This document shows, piece by piece, positions 8,304 to 17,177 of a stretch of DNA of 52,976 nucleotides. Source of the stretch: a virus. Its lineage: Duplodnaviria; Caudoviricetes. Numbering within the stretch: the stretch's first letter is position 1; each line of letters begins with the position of its first letter. Location: the IMG/VR virus record IMGVR_UViG_3300032523_001138, positions 1 through 52,976 of that record, one strand, 5' to 3'. Made by a program: the position numbers and the translations under genes. Under the pieces are notes generated by a model. That model made no database searches. It was given only the letters and a program-made list of their open reading frames with translations, and was not told the DNA's origin.

Positions 8304-8500
8304 CGGTAGTGCTCTTTGGGTAGTGGTGGTCGGCGAGCGGAGGCTAAGCCTCTCAGCATGAGTGGGACAAGTAGGGTTCGGGTAAGGCGTAGTTTCCTCA
8401 AATGAATTTTCATCTCATTGTGGCCTGTGTAGTCAACGACTCCGTTTTAATGCGCCTTTCTACCGAGGGGCTATCCTAACAGGAGTGAATCGGTTGATTC

Positions 8501-8737
8501 ATGGGAACTACAGGAGCAACAGTGGCTTTTTTCAAGTACCTCGGCGAACCCCCTCGTCCCACCCTCGTCGACAGCTACGGACCCACGAAAGAAGTTACCG
8601 TTCCGAAGCTGGACGGAACCCGCACGACGTTGACCAACCCCGCAGGATTCCCTGTAGGGGGCACCATCCCCTTCGATTTCGTGGACGCGCTCTCCCTTAT
8701 CGTCCTTGACGCGGATTCGCGTTTCGGGCGCGTCTAG
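8501..8737 (+). CDS. Hypothetical protein, possibly virion-associated
   Basis: Protein-like ORF heading a co-oriented structural-looking cluster. Confidence 0.55.
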   Translation: MGTTGATVAFFKYLGEPPRPTLVDSYGPTKEVTVPKLDGTRTTLTNPAGFPVGGTIPFDFVDALSLIVLDADSRFGRV

Positions 8738-8789
8738 TCTCTTTTTCTCTCTTTTCTCTCTTTCTCACTACTGAACTCTGAGGTTTCCC

Positions 8790-10610
8790 ATGGCGAGTCT
8801 TTCTTCTCTTGTTATCAGTGCAGGCAGTCAGCGTCAGATCCTGGCGGAAGACACTCTGCTTGTCGGCGTAGGCATCGACCCGACTGCTGCAGGGGCACTG
8901 TCAATCGGTGTCGCGACCGCGACCTCGATTGTGATCGGTGCAGGCGGCATCACCACCTCGTTCCCCGGCCCCGTGGAGTTGCTGGGCGGTATCACCACCG
9001 TTGGCGGCACGACCTTCACTACCGATGCGGTCTTTGAGGGCAACGTCACCTTCGGTAACGCAGACACCGACACTGTGTCCTTCACGTCGCAAATTGCGAC
9101 CGAGATGACCTACGACGGCATTGGGGCTCCTGCATTGTCCCCCGCAGGGCATGGGCGTATCTACTTTGACAGCGGCTCCAACACCTTCATGGTGTCCGAG
9201 GACGGCGGTGCATACTTCGATTTGACTGCTGCTCCGGGTGGCAGCGACGGTTCAGTCCAGTTCAATGACGATGGCATCCTCGGAGGCGACGCCAGTCTGA
9301 CCTATGACTCAGCCACCTTCATCCTGAGCCTCAAGGGCATCTCGCAGGCTGAAGGCGCAGTCTCACTCAGCGCGAACGGAGCATCGAGCTTCACCACCAG
9401 TGCTGGAGCATTGACCCTCACTGCTGCTGCGGCGTCCACTTGGTCAACTGCGGCGGGTGACTTGAGCCTCACTGCTGCGGCAGGTTCAGTCATCATCGAC
9501 GGCGCCGAAGCAGCAGCGGATGCGGTTCGGATCGTGTCCAGCGGTGGTGCAGGCGGCATCGACATTGACAGCGGTAGTGCAGGCATCACGCTTGACTCGA
9601 CGGGCACCTTCTCGATCGACTCCGCATGGGGCGCCTCGAACGTGTCCGCGACATTCGGCGACCTGACGTTGTCGACCATAACAAATGGTCATGTCAACAT
9701 CACCTCGGCGTGGTCGGTCCTTGTCGCGGCGAGCGGGGAAAATCCCAACGCTATTGAACTCGCAACGGCGGCTGGCGGGATGCAGCTGTCCGCAGGTCAA
9801 GACATTACTATTGTCTCAGCAGAAACCCTTACCCTCAACGGTGTAGGTAACTGTTCATGGCAGGCGGAAAGTGGCAACCTGACGCTCGCAACGGCCACGT
9901 CTGGTGACGTGATCGTGAACACCCCAAGTGCCAACAACGCACTTGTCGTCAAAGCGACGACTGGCAAGGTTGGTCTGGGAACCGCTTCTCCGACCCAGCT
10001 CCTGTCGGTAGGTGCTGCCAGCGAGTTTGCGGTGTCTTCGGATGGCGTGCTCAAGTCATACGACGGAGCAGCGCCGACCGACGGTCAACTGTTGATCGGG
10101 GACACTGCGGGCGAAGCCTTCGTCGCTGCAACCTTGACTGCGGGTGCTGGCCTCAGCGTCACGAACGGCGCAGGCACGATCACGATTGCGTCTACTGGTG
10201 AAGCGGCTGCGGCAGCGGTCGATATCACCACGACTGCGATGGAAGCCTTGGCGGCTGGCGACTTGGTGTGCTTTATCAACGACGGCGGCGTCCCTCGGGT
10301 GCAGCCGTCCGACTCAAACGACGTGGCTCGTCAGGGTCCTGTAGGCTTCGCTGTGGCAGCAGCCGCAGCCCAAGGCGACGCCGTGCTGGTGCGGATTGCT
10401 GGCGAGGCAGCGGTCCCGGCGGCTCGCTTTGACGCGGCTCCTGCCGCTAGTGATGTTGGCAAGCGCGTGTTCCTGTCGGTGACCCCCGGCAAGGTCACGC
10501 TCACTGCGCCTACCGCAAACGGCGACGTCGTACAGCGCGTCGGCATCCTCACCAACGGCAGCGGAAACCCGAAGATTCTTGTTCAAGTCGGCGAATCCAT
10601 CACGCTCTGA
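8790..10610 (+). CDS. Virion fibre/decoration-like protein
   Basis: A/G/T/S-rich beta repeats; APGGSDGSVQFND motif seen in fibre proteins; GAGG RBS. Confidence 0.65.
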   Translation: MASLSSLVISAGSQRQILAEDTLLVGVGIDPTAAGALSIGVATATSIVIGAGGITTSFPGPVELLGGITTVGGTTFTTDAVFEGNVTFGNADTDTVSFTSQIATEMTYDGIGAPALSPAGHGRIYFDSGSNTFMVSEDGGAYFDLTAAPGGSDGSVQFNDDGILGGDASLTYDSATFILSLKGISQAEGAVSLSANGASSFTTSAGALTLTAAAASTWSTAAGDLSLTAAAGSVIIDGAEAAADAVRIVSSGGAGGIDIDSGSAGITLDSTGTFSIDSAWGASNVSATFGDLTLSTITNGHVNITSAWSVLVAASGENPNAIELATAAGGMQLSAGQDITIVSAETLTLNGVGNCSWQAESGNLTLATATSGDVIVNTPSANNALVVKATTGKVGLGTASPTQLLSVGAASEFAVSSDGVLKSYDGAAPTDGQLLIGDTAGEAFVAATLTAGAGLSVTNGAGTITIASTGEAAAAAVDITTTAMEALAAGDLVCFINDGGVPRVQPSDSNDVARQGPVGFAVAAAAAQGDAVLVRIAGEAAVPAARFDAAPAASDVGKRVFLSVTPGKVTLTAPTANGDVVQRVGILTNGSGNPKILVQVGESITL

Positions 10611-10649
10611 CAACTACTTGCGTAGATCAATCCGTTTAGTAAAATGGTG

Positions 10650-10680
10650 AAAGAGGGCGCTCCGTGGGGCGCCCTCTTTT
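10650..10680 (+). terminator. Rho-independent terminator
   Basis: AAAGAGGGCGC...GCGCCCTCTTTT. Confidence 0.85.
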
Positions 10681-10694
10681 AATAGGAGTTTGAA

Positions 10695-11486
10695 ATGGCT
10701 CGCGCTGGCTGGATTGGTAGTTTTCGGGCATCGGCTCGACCGGGACCCCAGCCAGGAACCTTAGCCCCGCCGGGTACTCCTGAGTTTTGGTTCGACGGCA
10801 ACGACATTGACGGTAGCCAGAACAGTTCTCTGGGTGTCGGGGTCGGTGTTGGCAGTTGGTTGAACAAGGGCGTGAACGTCGTTCCAGCAGTGCTTCAGGC
10901 GACGCCCTCAAAGAAGCCGACCTACTACGTCGACGGTGCCTTTCAGGGCTTGAGCTTTAACAACGCTTTGTTTCAGCACATCAGGGCGTTGTGTGTGCCA
11001 CACTACCCTTCAATCGTCGGCCCGAATAGGTCATCTTGGTTCCTATCTGTGATAGCGCGGAACATACCGGGAAGTTCTCATACCGCAGTCTGCTCTGAGG
11101 TGCAGAATGCCTGTATCAGCGCGGTATCCTTCCCCTCCTATTGGAGTGGCTACGGTGGCAACGCGCCTGGGCTTGGAGTTCTCACTACCACCAATACGAC
11201 TGTTAATGTCGCGTCGTTTTGGGCGAACGGAAACCTGTCACAGGTTCACGTCGACTCCGTAGCACCTACAATCGGAGACGCTGGTTGGCTTCCGTGGGAG
11301 GGGCCTTTGATTGGCGACTTCTCACAGGGTACCGACAGCGGCTTCGGATGGGATGGGCAGATTTACCAAGTGCTTGTGTACTACGGCTTGCTGTCCACAA
11401 TCCCCTCGAACATCGTTCCCACCCACGCGGATATTTTGACGTGGGCTAACACAGTCTACGGTGGAACAGCGCCCTACACGCCATAA
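10695..11486 (+). CDS. LamG/concanavalin-like domain protein, likely virion-associated
   Basis: FWFDGNDI, QATPSKKPTY and GWDGQIYQVLVY motifs; AGGAG RBS. Confidence 0.65.
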   Translation: MARAGWIGSFRASARPGPQPGTLAPPGTPEFWFDGNDIDGSQNSSLGVGVGVGSWLNKGVNVVPAVLQATPSKKPTYYVDGAFQGLSFNNALFQHIRALCVPHYPSIVGPNRSSWFLSVIARNIPGSSHTAVCSEVQNACISAVSFPSYWSGYGGNAPGLGVLTTTNTTVNVASFWANGNLSQVHVDSVAPTIGDAGWLPWEGPLIGDFSQGTDSGFGWDGQIYQVLVYYGLLSTIPSNIVPTHADILTWANTVYGGTAPYTP

Positions 11487-11499
11487 TGTTGCGAGGCCG

Positions 11500-11506
11500 T
11501 GTTACT
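11500..11506 (+). promoter_or_regulatory. TGTTACT motif (putative phage promoter)
   Basis: Intergenic, upstream of the AGGAG RBS and ATG 11528. Confidence 0.65.
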
Positions 11507-11527
11507 CCGGTTTCAACAGGAGAACAC

Positions 11528-11833
11528 ATGGCAAACAACGACACTCGCAAGGTCAAGATCGAAAAAAAGCTCCGCAAGAAGGTGTCCGACGTTGTCGTCG
11601 ACGCCATCCTTGGAAGCAACCAGCAGGAGCTGGAGGACCGCCTCACGCGGCTTGCTTCCCACGAGACGGACACCGAGGAGGCTCTGGAGGAAGACAAGGT
11701 GGTGACTGACCTGAAGGAGCGCCTCGCCCAAGCAAAGGGTCCGTACACGGACACCCTGAAGGGCATCAAGCTGCAGCGCAACTTCATCGCCATTACGCTC
11801 GCTGAGCGGGGGAAGACCCTCAGCGTCATCTGA
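11528..11833 (+). CDS. Coiled-coil hypothetical protein
   Basis: AGGAG RBS; GC3-rich codon usage. Confidence 0.8.
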   Translation: MANNDTRKVKIEKKLRKKVSDVVVDAILGSNQQELEDRLTRLASHETDTEEALEEDKVVTDLKERLAQAKGPYTDTLKGIKLQRNFIAITLAERGKTLSVI

Positions 11834-11902
11834 CCCTGCCTCTTCTATCGGGAATGTTCGCCTCCCTCTCACTCGTGTGTGAAGATACAGGGGGAGGCGA
11901 AA

Positions 11903-12160
11903 ATGCAGAATCTCGAACATATTCTTGCGATTGTCGGTGTACTGGTTCCGCTCATCTCGATGGTGGCTAGTTTGCTCAACACAGCCATCCGCAACCTCTT
12001 GATAGAGGGGCGTGAGGTACCGAAAAGGCTCGCTGCTGCAGGCGCAGTCGTAAACGCTCTCGCTATCAACCTCGACAAGGCGTCGGCCTTTATCTCGGCT
12101 GCCAGAGGGAAACCCTTGATCTCAGGGACCGCTGCATCGTCGAAACGATCTGCGCGGTAA
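11903..12160 (+). CDS. Small membrane protein, holin-like
   Basis: Hydrophobic N-terminal helix, second apolar segment, basic C-terminus; GGAGG RBS. Confidence 0.5.
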   Translation: MQNLEHILAIVGVLVPLISMVASLLNTAIRNLLIEGREVPKRLAAAGAVVNALAINLDKASAFISAARGKPLISGTAASSKRSAR

Positions 12161-12198
12161 GTCTGCGCGGTAAGTCTGCGCGGTAAGTCTGCGCGGTA
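12149..12198. repeat. 13-bp tandem repeat, about 3.8 copies
   Basis: Unit TCTGCGCGGTAAG; the first copy holds the stop codon of the holin-like gene. Confidence 0.92.
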
Positions 12199-12204
12199 GA
12201 ATGG

Positions 12205-12636
12205 CTATTGAGCAGCAGGAACGCCAGCCGCGATGGAGAGCGTCTGCGCCTCATCGTAGCGAACCATCCAACGTCTGCGGGATTCAATACAAACCCGAAT
12301 GCGCTTCGCAAGTGTGTCCAGTGCTTGGTAGCGAGCATCTTGTTTCGTTCCTGCGCTGCCAATGAAGTCCTGATGCGTGCCGTCGTCGTCAGCGCCGAAA
12401 CTTGCAGTCCAACGCCATGAACCCGCAGAGAGGATTGATCGAGACACAGTGAAGCGGCACTTGAGCCACTGGTTAAAAAGACAGCCGAATTCTATGCCAG
12501 CCACGCGAGACTCTTCGAGGCTAAGATTCAGATGGGTGTTTAAGCACAGAGGTACAGCAGGAGACAACGCAGGACTGAGCAGCGGATCGGAGGGGCGCGG
12601 CTGAACAAAACGGCAGGTCGACTTCGCCACAAACAT
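12205..12636 (-). CDS. Hypothetical protein
   Basis: Fills the gap; protein-like C-terminal half; start uncertain. Confidence 0.4.
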   Translation of the reverse strand: MFVAKSTCRFVQPRPSDPLLSPALSPAVPLCLNTHLNLSLEESRVAGIEFGCLFNQWLKCRFTVSRSILSAGSWRWTASFGADDDGTHQDFIGSAGTKQDARYQALDTLAKRIRVCIESRRRWMVRYDEAQTLSIAAGVPAAQ

Positions 12637-12726
12637 TTCCAGATTCAGGATGACGGAATGTTGACTAACAGGTGCTATGGGTAGATGACTACTGCGAGGA
12701 GTCCTGCGTGCGGGTTGGTGAGGCAG

Positions 12727-12733
12727 TGTTACT
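12727..12733 (+). promoter_or_regulatory. TGTTACT motif (putative phage promoter)
   Basis: Upstream of the GAGGT RBS and ATG 12746. Confidence 0.65.
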
Positions 12734-12745
12734 GCGAGGTGTAGC

Positions 12746-12967
12746 ATGAGTTTTCGCGAATTCCTCTCGACGGTCGAGTTTCGGGAAACGAAGTCTCCGG
12801 TTGAGGAGGCTGAATATCAACACATCTTTGAGTGCCAGTACAGGCGCGGGGTGTCGGGGTGTGGCGAGTGCAACAATTACGACTCTTGCGTGCTGATCAA
12901 GAACAGCCTTCGCGCAAAGGTTGGCTTGCCTCCGCTTGGCGATGGTGTTTTGAAAGACGACGGATGA
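12746..12967 (+). CDS. Small Cys-rich hypothetical protein
   Basis: C...CxxC...C pattern; GAGGT RBS. Confidence 0.7.
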   Translation: MSFREFLSTVEFRETKSPVEEAEYQHIFECQYRRGVSGCGECNNYDSCVLIKNSLRAKVGLPPLGDGVLKDDG

Positions 12968-13407
12968 CACTGATGGCAAAGAAAAAAATAATTACTGTCT
13001 CGGTTTCGCATGCCGAGCTTGAAGAGTTTACCCTTGCTGCCAAGACCGAAGGAGTCTCACTGGCTGAGTGGGCGCGCAGGCGTCTGCGGGGCGACCTCCG
13101 ACCATCTCCTGATGTGATGGAAGAGGCGTTCAGGAAGCTCGACGTGAGCGACCGGCAACGCGAGTTTTCGGGGCCTCCGGTCCCTCCCCAGGTGCTCCCT
13201 CTCCAGCCGAAGCTTGTCGAGATCGGGGTGCGGCAGCCCACCAACCACGTCTGCCAGCACTTCGCGCACTTGGATCGACCGGATGGAGGACCGCCGATGA
13301 TCTGCACGTCCGCGTCTCAACATGGGCGACCCTGCTACTTCTCGTCATCAGGCGCTGCGGACTGCCCTGTCTTTGCCCCTCGGACACGCGGATTTTCAGG
13401 GATATGA
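12964..13407 (+). CDS. Ribbon-helix-helix-like DNA-binding protein
   Basis: IITVSVSHAELEEFTLAAKTEGVSLAEWARR; Cys/His-rich C-terminus; ATGA overlap. Confidence 0.6.
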   Translation: MTLMAKKKIITVSVSHAELEEFTLAAKTEGVSLAEWARRRLRGDLRPSPDVMEEAFRKLDVSDRQREFSGPPVPPQVLPLQPKLVEIGVRQPTNHVCQHFAHLDRPDGGPPMICTSASQHGRPCYFSSSGAADCPVFAPRTRGFSGI

Positions 13408-13452
13408 CACTGCATTCGGTAGAGTCAGAACAGGTGAATCGCTGAAAAGCGG

Positions 13453-13459
13453 TGTTACT
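13453..13459 (+). promoter_or_regulatory. TGTTACT motif (putative phage promoter)
   Basis: Intergenic, upstream of GGAGG and ATG 13497. Confidence 0.65.
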
Positions 13460-13496
13460 GCTCCAGCACGCGGGACGGTTCCCGTTGGAGGCTCCC

Positions 13497-14030
13497 ATGA
13501 CAGACAAGACACCCAGCATCGCTGCCATCGTCCACGTCCTCACGCACAGAGACGAGTACGCCAAGCCTGCGACGGACCTCACCCTCGCCGAGCAAGTCGA
13601 AGCCTACGCCGCGATTCACTTCGTCGAGGAGGTCTCCAAGGGTCGGCGCGAAGCCATCCGCGAAACCCTCCTCGTCGAAGCTGAGAAGGGCGAGGTGACG
13701 GAGAAGGGGGGCTACAGGCTCCCCGTCGGCAACCACACCGTGATCAAAGAGAAGCGGGTCGCATCCGCCCCCGACGAGAAGGCGCTAATGGCGCTTCTTG
13801 AGTCGAAGAAGCTCGACGTCACCAATGCGTTCGACAAGGTCAGCGTGCTCGTCCCGAATCCAAGCAAAGTTGCGCTCCTCGTCGAGAACGGGCAGCTGAC
13901 CGAGGCTGAGGGGAAGGCGCTCTACAAGGTGACGTGGGCGCTCGTGGTCAAGCCCTCAGGGGATCTGGAAAGCCTGCTCGAAAGCAGCGTCCCGCCCGGA
14001 GTGGTCCCCGCGAAAAAATTGCGTCGCTGA
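13497..14030 (+). CDS. Phage hypothetical protein
   Basis: GGAGG RBS; GC3-rich codon usage. Confidence 0.8.
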   Translation: MTDKTPSIAAIVHVLTHRDEYAKPATDLTLAEQVEAYAAIHFVEEVSKGRREAIRETLLVEAEKGEVTEKGGYRLPVGNHTVIKEKRVASAPDEKALMALLESKKLDVTNAFDKVSVLVPNPSKVALLVENGQLTEAEGKALYKVTWALVVKPSGDLESLLESSVPPGVVPAKKLRR

Positions 14031-14053
14031 TCCGTTCACCTCCCATCACGCCA

Positions 14054-14059
14054 GTTACT
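14054..14059 (+). promoter_or_regulatory. GTTACT motif (putative phage promoter)
   Basis: AGTTACT variant upstream of AGGAG and ATG 14079. Confidence 0.55.
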
Positions 14060-14078
14060 CATCTGTCAGGAGCAAGAC

Positions 14079-14921
14079 ATGACCTCAATTGAACGACTCC
14101 CGTCTGCAACGTATGCCGCTCGCACCGACCTCCCCTACGCCGACGTCTGGGGCTTGCACGGGCTCTTCGACGGGCTCGCCTTCAAGTCGAACCTCGTGCT
14201 CGTCGGCCCCAAGGGCATCGGCAAGACGATGTCCTTCCAAAGTTACGCGGCGAAGGCGAAGACGCCGATCGTCACCTTCGACTGCAGCGAGGACGTGCGC
14301 CGAGCCAACCTCCTCGGTATGTACGTCCTCAAGGGGAACGAGACGCCGTTCATCCTCGGTCCGATCACGACGGCGTTCGAGGTCGCCAACGAGGTCGGAT
14401 CCTGCATCCTCGTCCTCGAAGAGACCAACGGTCTCTCGCCCCAGATGCAGAAGGTGCTCAACCCAATCGCCGACTTCCGACGACGCATTGAGGTGCCTGA
14501 GTGCAACAGGGTCTTCGAGCTGAAGAAGGACGCGAAGCTCTGGGTGGTGGGCACGATGAATACCTCGGCCTACGGGGGCGTGTACGCTCTCAACGAAGAC
14601 CTCAAGAGCCGGTTCCGCATGCTCTCGCTGGGCTACCCCCAGCCCGAGGAGGAGGCCAAGATCATCGCCGCGCACTTCGCTGGCAAGGTCGACCCGGTCG
14701 CCATGAAAAAAGTGATGCTCCTCGCGCAAGAGACTCGGCAGAAGTCCCTTGAATACGCGCTCAGCCCCCGCGACGTCGTTCAGATCCTTGAGGACGGCAC
14801 CAACGTCGGCATGGAACGCGCGCTGCGGATCGTCCTCGGCAAGTTCGAGGGCGAAGATCAGACGATGGTGAAGGCGCGAGTGTCCTCGATCTTCGGTTAC
14901 ACCCTGACCGAGAAGGTGTGA
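14079..14921 (+). CDS. MoxR-family AAA+ ATPase (CbbQ/NorQ/CobS-like)
   Basis: Walker A GPKGIGKT, Walker B LVLEE, GTMN sensor, LNEDLKSRF arginine finger, SPR. Confidence 0.9.
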   Translation: MTSIERLPSATYAARTDLPYADVWGLHGLFDGLAFKSNLVLVGPKGIGKTMSFQSYAAKAKTPIVTFDCSEDVRRANLLGMYVLKGNETPFILGPITTAFEVANEVGSCILVLEETNGLSPQMQKVLNPIADFRRRIEVPECNRVFELKKDAKLWVVGTMNTSAYGGVYALNEDLKSRFRMLSLGYPQPEEEAKIIAAHFAGKVDPVAMKKVMLLAQETRQKSLEYALSPRDVVQILEDGTNVGMERALRIVLGKFEGEDQTMVKARVSSIFGYTLTEKV

Positions 14922-17071
14922 ACATGACCACGAATGCCGTCAAAAATATCACGCTCGATTCCGAACTTGCGCTGGTCAACGACCTCGCCAGCCTCGAACT
15001 CTACGGGCAGCTGCTCGCGCAAGCCTCCGACGAGACGATTCAGCGGGACCGACTCGTCGCGGCGATGAAAACGGTGTCGACCTTCAGCAACCTGCTGGGT
15101 CGAAAGATGCACCTCAAGGCGGCGAAGTTCGCGTACACAGACGGCACGGAGATCGGTGCGCCCGTCGACCACGACTACTTCTACGAATTTGTCGAGCACG
15201 AGATCTCGCACAACCTATTCAAGTCGAACTTCGAGGCGAAGAAGACCTTCTGCGACCAGTACGTCTTGCAGGTGTCGAAGGCCCTCGCCGCCTTCGGGTC
15301 CATCATGTCGAACGACGACCGGAACTACTTGGCGGGCATGGTGGGCACGATCCTCAACATCATTGAAGACCACCGCGTCAACAGCCTCTGGGCGATGCTC
15401 TACCCTGGCAGCTACAGGCGGCTCGAAGAGTTCAGCCGCTCCGTCGTCGAGAAGAAGAAGGCAACGGCGCACGGCGACATCGTCAGCTTCTTCCTCTGCG
15501 TGGCCTACAACGCGAAAATGCCTGCGGGCGTGTTCGACCGATTCGAGAGCGCGATGGTCGCGTCGCTCAAGAAGGTCGAGCGCAAAGGACCGGGCGCGAC
15601 GTTCGTCGTCGGCAAGTGGTTGATGACCCAGATCGTCACCGAGATGATTCGGATCACGAAGGGTCTCCCTCCGCCGCCCAAGGCGGGCAAGTCGACGATG
15701 AAGACCGACCTCGACGACATGAGCGACAACCCCTGCGGAGACGCTGGTGACGACGCTGGTGACGACGCGCCTCCCCCCACTGGCAAGCAGGGGGACGATC
15801 CGGGGAAGCCCTCAGGTGGCGGCAAGGACCAGCAACCCGACGACACCGCGCAGTCCAGCTCGAAGCCGCAGCCGTCAGCCACCAAGGGCGACGGAAACGG
15901 GAGCGGCGCAAAGGGCGCGGATTGGGAGCCACCCAAGGTCGACACTGCTCCTGAGGAGCGGATCGACGCCTTCAAGAAGCTCCTCGACGCTGCCCGCACG
16001 ATGGGGCAGTCGCAAAAGTCGCCGATGCAGGCAGCGCTGGCGCGAGTGAACAACGACAAGCCACCGGCGGTGAAGCGTCACGGCGAGGAGACGGAGGCGC
16101 GGAAGCTCGTCGCTGACGCCTACAGCACCGACGTCACGAACAAGGCTCTTTTCGACGCCTTCCTCGACAAGTCCGAGGGCGACATGACGAAGGTCTTGGA
16201 CGCGATCCAAGACGCGCTCGAACAGGTGGCGGCTCCTTCGGAGCGGGCATGGAGCACGCGCAACGTGGGGGCCAAGGTCGTTTTTCGGGACATTTCCGCC
16301 AGCACCTACAACCCGCCTCCCCTCATCGACGAGGACCGGCGCACGGTGGCGCGCATGAAAGAGGTCTTTCATCGAGTGAAGAACCGGACGGCGAAGACGC
16401 TGGCCGAGGACGGTGTGGAGATCGACGTGCAAGCCCTCATCGCGCACAAGGTATCCGGCCAAGTCGGTCCGGTGTTCCGCACCGACGTCTCAGGGCGCGG
16501 GTTCAAGGTACTGGTCCTGACCGACCGATCCTCCTCGATGGAGGGGCCACCATCGGACGCGGTCGAGCGCGCAGCCCGCATCCTGCGAGGCTCGCTGAAG
16601 ATACAGAACGTCGACTTGCACTCGTGGGGCTTCCATGGGTTCAATGGGAAGGTCTACCTCTCGCGGATCGCGCCCAACCTCGACGTCGCGGACAGCCACG
16701 AAATGCCTGCGACCGGAACGACGCCGATGGCGACAGCAATCCGAGTCGCGGTAAATTGGCTGAGCACCGGCTATGAGAAGAAGCACCTCATTCTGCTCAC
16801 CGACGGGGAGCCAGATCACGATGACGTCCTCGATGGGAGCACAAGCCCCCACTTTGCGGTTCAGAGGGAGCTAAAGCGGGCCTCGAAGATGGGTATCGAC
16901 GCGACTACTCTAGTGATCGGAGACGGTATAGACGACGCGAGCTGCCGCATGATGTTCGGGCATGACCGACACTGGAAGCGAGTCAGATCGGCTAAGAAAT
17001 TTTCAGCGCTGACGAAAACGCTGGTGGATATGGTCTCCAGCTCCTTCGTACGCCACCTCAAGAGCGGATGA
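14918..17071 (+). CDS. vWA-domain protein with N-terminal HExxH motif (CobT/NorD-like partner)
   Basis: HEISH, NIIEDHRVN, low-complexity linker, MIDAS DRSSSM...TP...LTDGEP. Confidence 0.88.
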   Translation: MNMTTNAVKNITLDSELALVNDLASLELYGQLLAQASDETIQRDRLVAAMKTVSTFSNLLGRKMHLKAAKFAYTDGTEIGAPVDHDYFYEFVEHEISHNLFKSNFEAKKTFCDQYVLQVSKALAAFGSIMSNDDRNYLAGMVGTILNIIEDHRVNSLWAMLYPGSYRRLEEFSRSVVEKKKATAHGDIVSFFLCVAYNAKMPAGVFDRFESAMVASLKKVERKGPGATFVVGKWLMTQIVTEMIRITKGLPPPPKAGKSTMKTDLDDMSDNPCGDAGDDAGDDAPPPTGKQGDDPGKPSGGGKDQQPDDTAQSSSKPQPSATKGDGNGSGAKGADWEPPKVDTAPEERIDAFKKLLDAARTMGQSQKSPMQAALARVNNDKPPAVKRHGEETEARKLVADAYSTDVTNKALFDAFLDKSEGDMTKVLDAIQDALEQVAAPSERAWSTRNVGAKVVFRDISASTYNPPPLIDEDRRTVARMKEVFHRVKNRTAKTLAEDGVEIDVQALIAHKVSGQVGPVFRTDVSGRGFKVLVLTDRSSSMEGPPSDAVERAARILRGSLKIQNVDLHSWGFHGFNGKVYLSRIAPNLDVADSHEMPATGTTPMATAIRVAVNWLSTGYEKKHLILLTDGEPDHDDVLDGSTSPHFAVQRELKRASKMGIDATTLVIGDGIDDASCRMMFGHDRHWKRVRSAKKFSALTKTLVDMVSSSFVRHLKSG

Positions 17072-17177
17072 GTTCAGTGTCCTGAGGGGCGATCCGAAAA
17101 ATGCAGTTGCAATACCCCTCCCGATGGGCGCAGAACGGTCTCGTCAGATCCCAAGCCTGCACATCCGAGGAAGCCTC

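Noticed and set aside
12149-12198. Possible CRISPR array
   Set aside because: Contiguous 13-bp units with no spacers.
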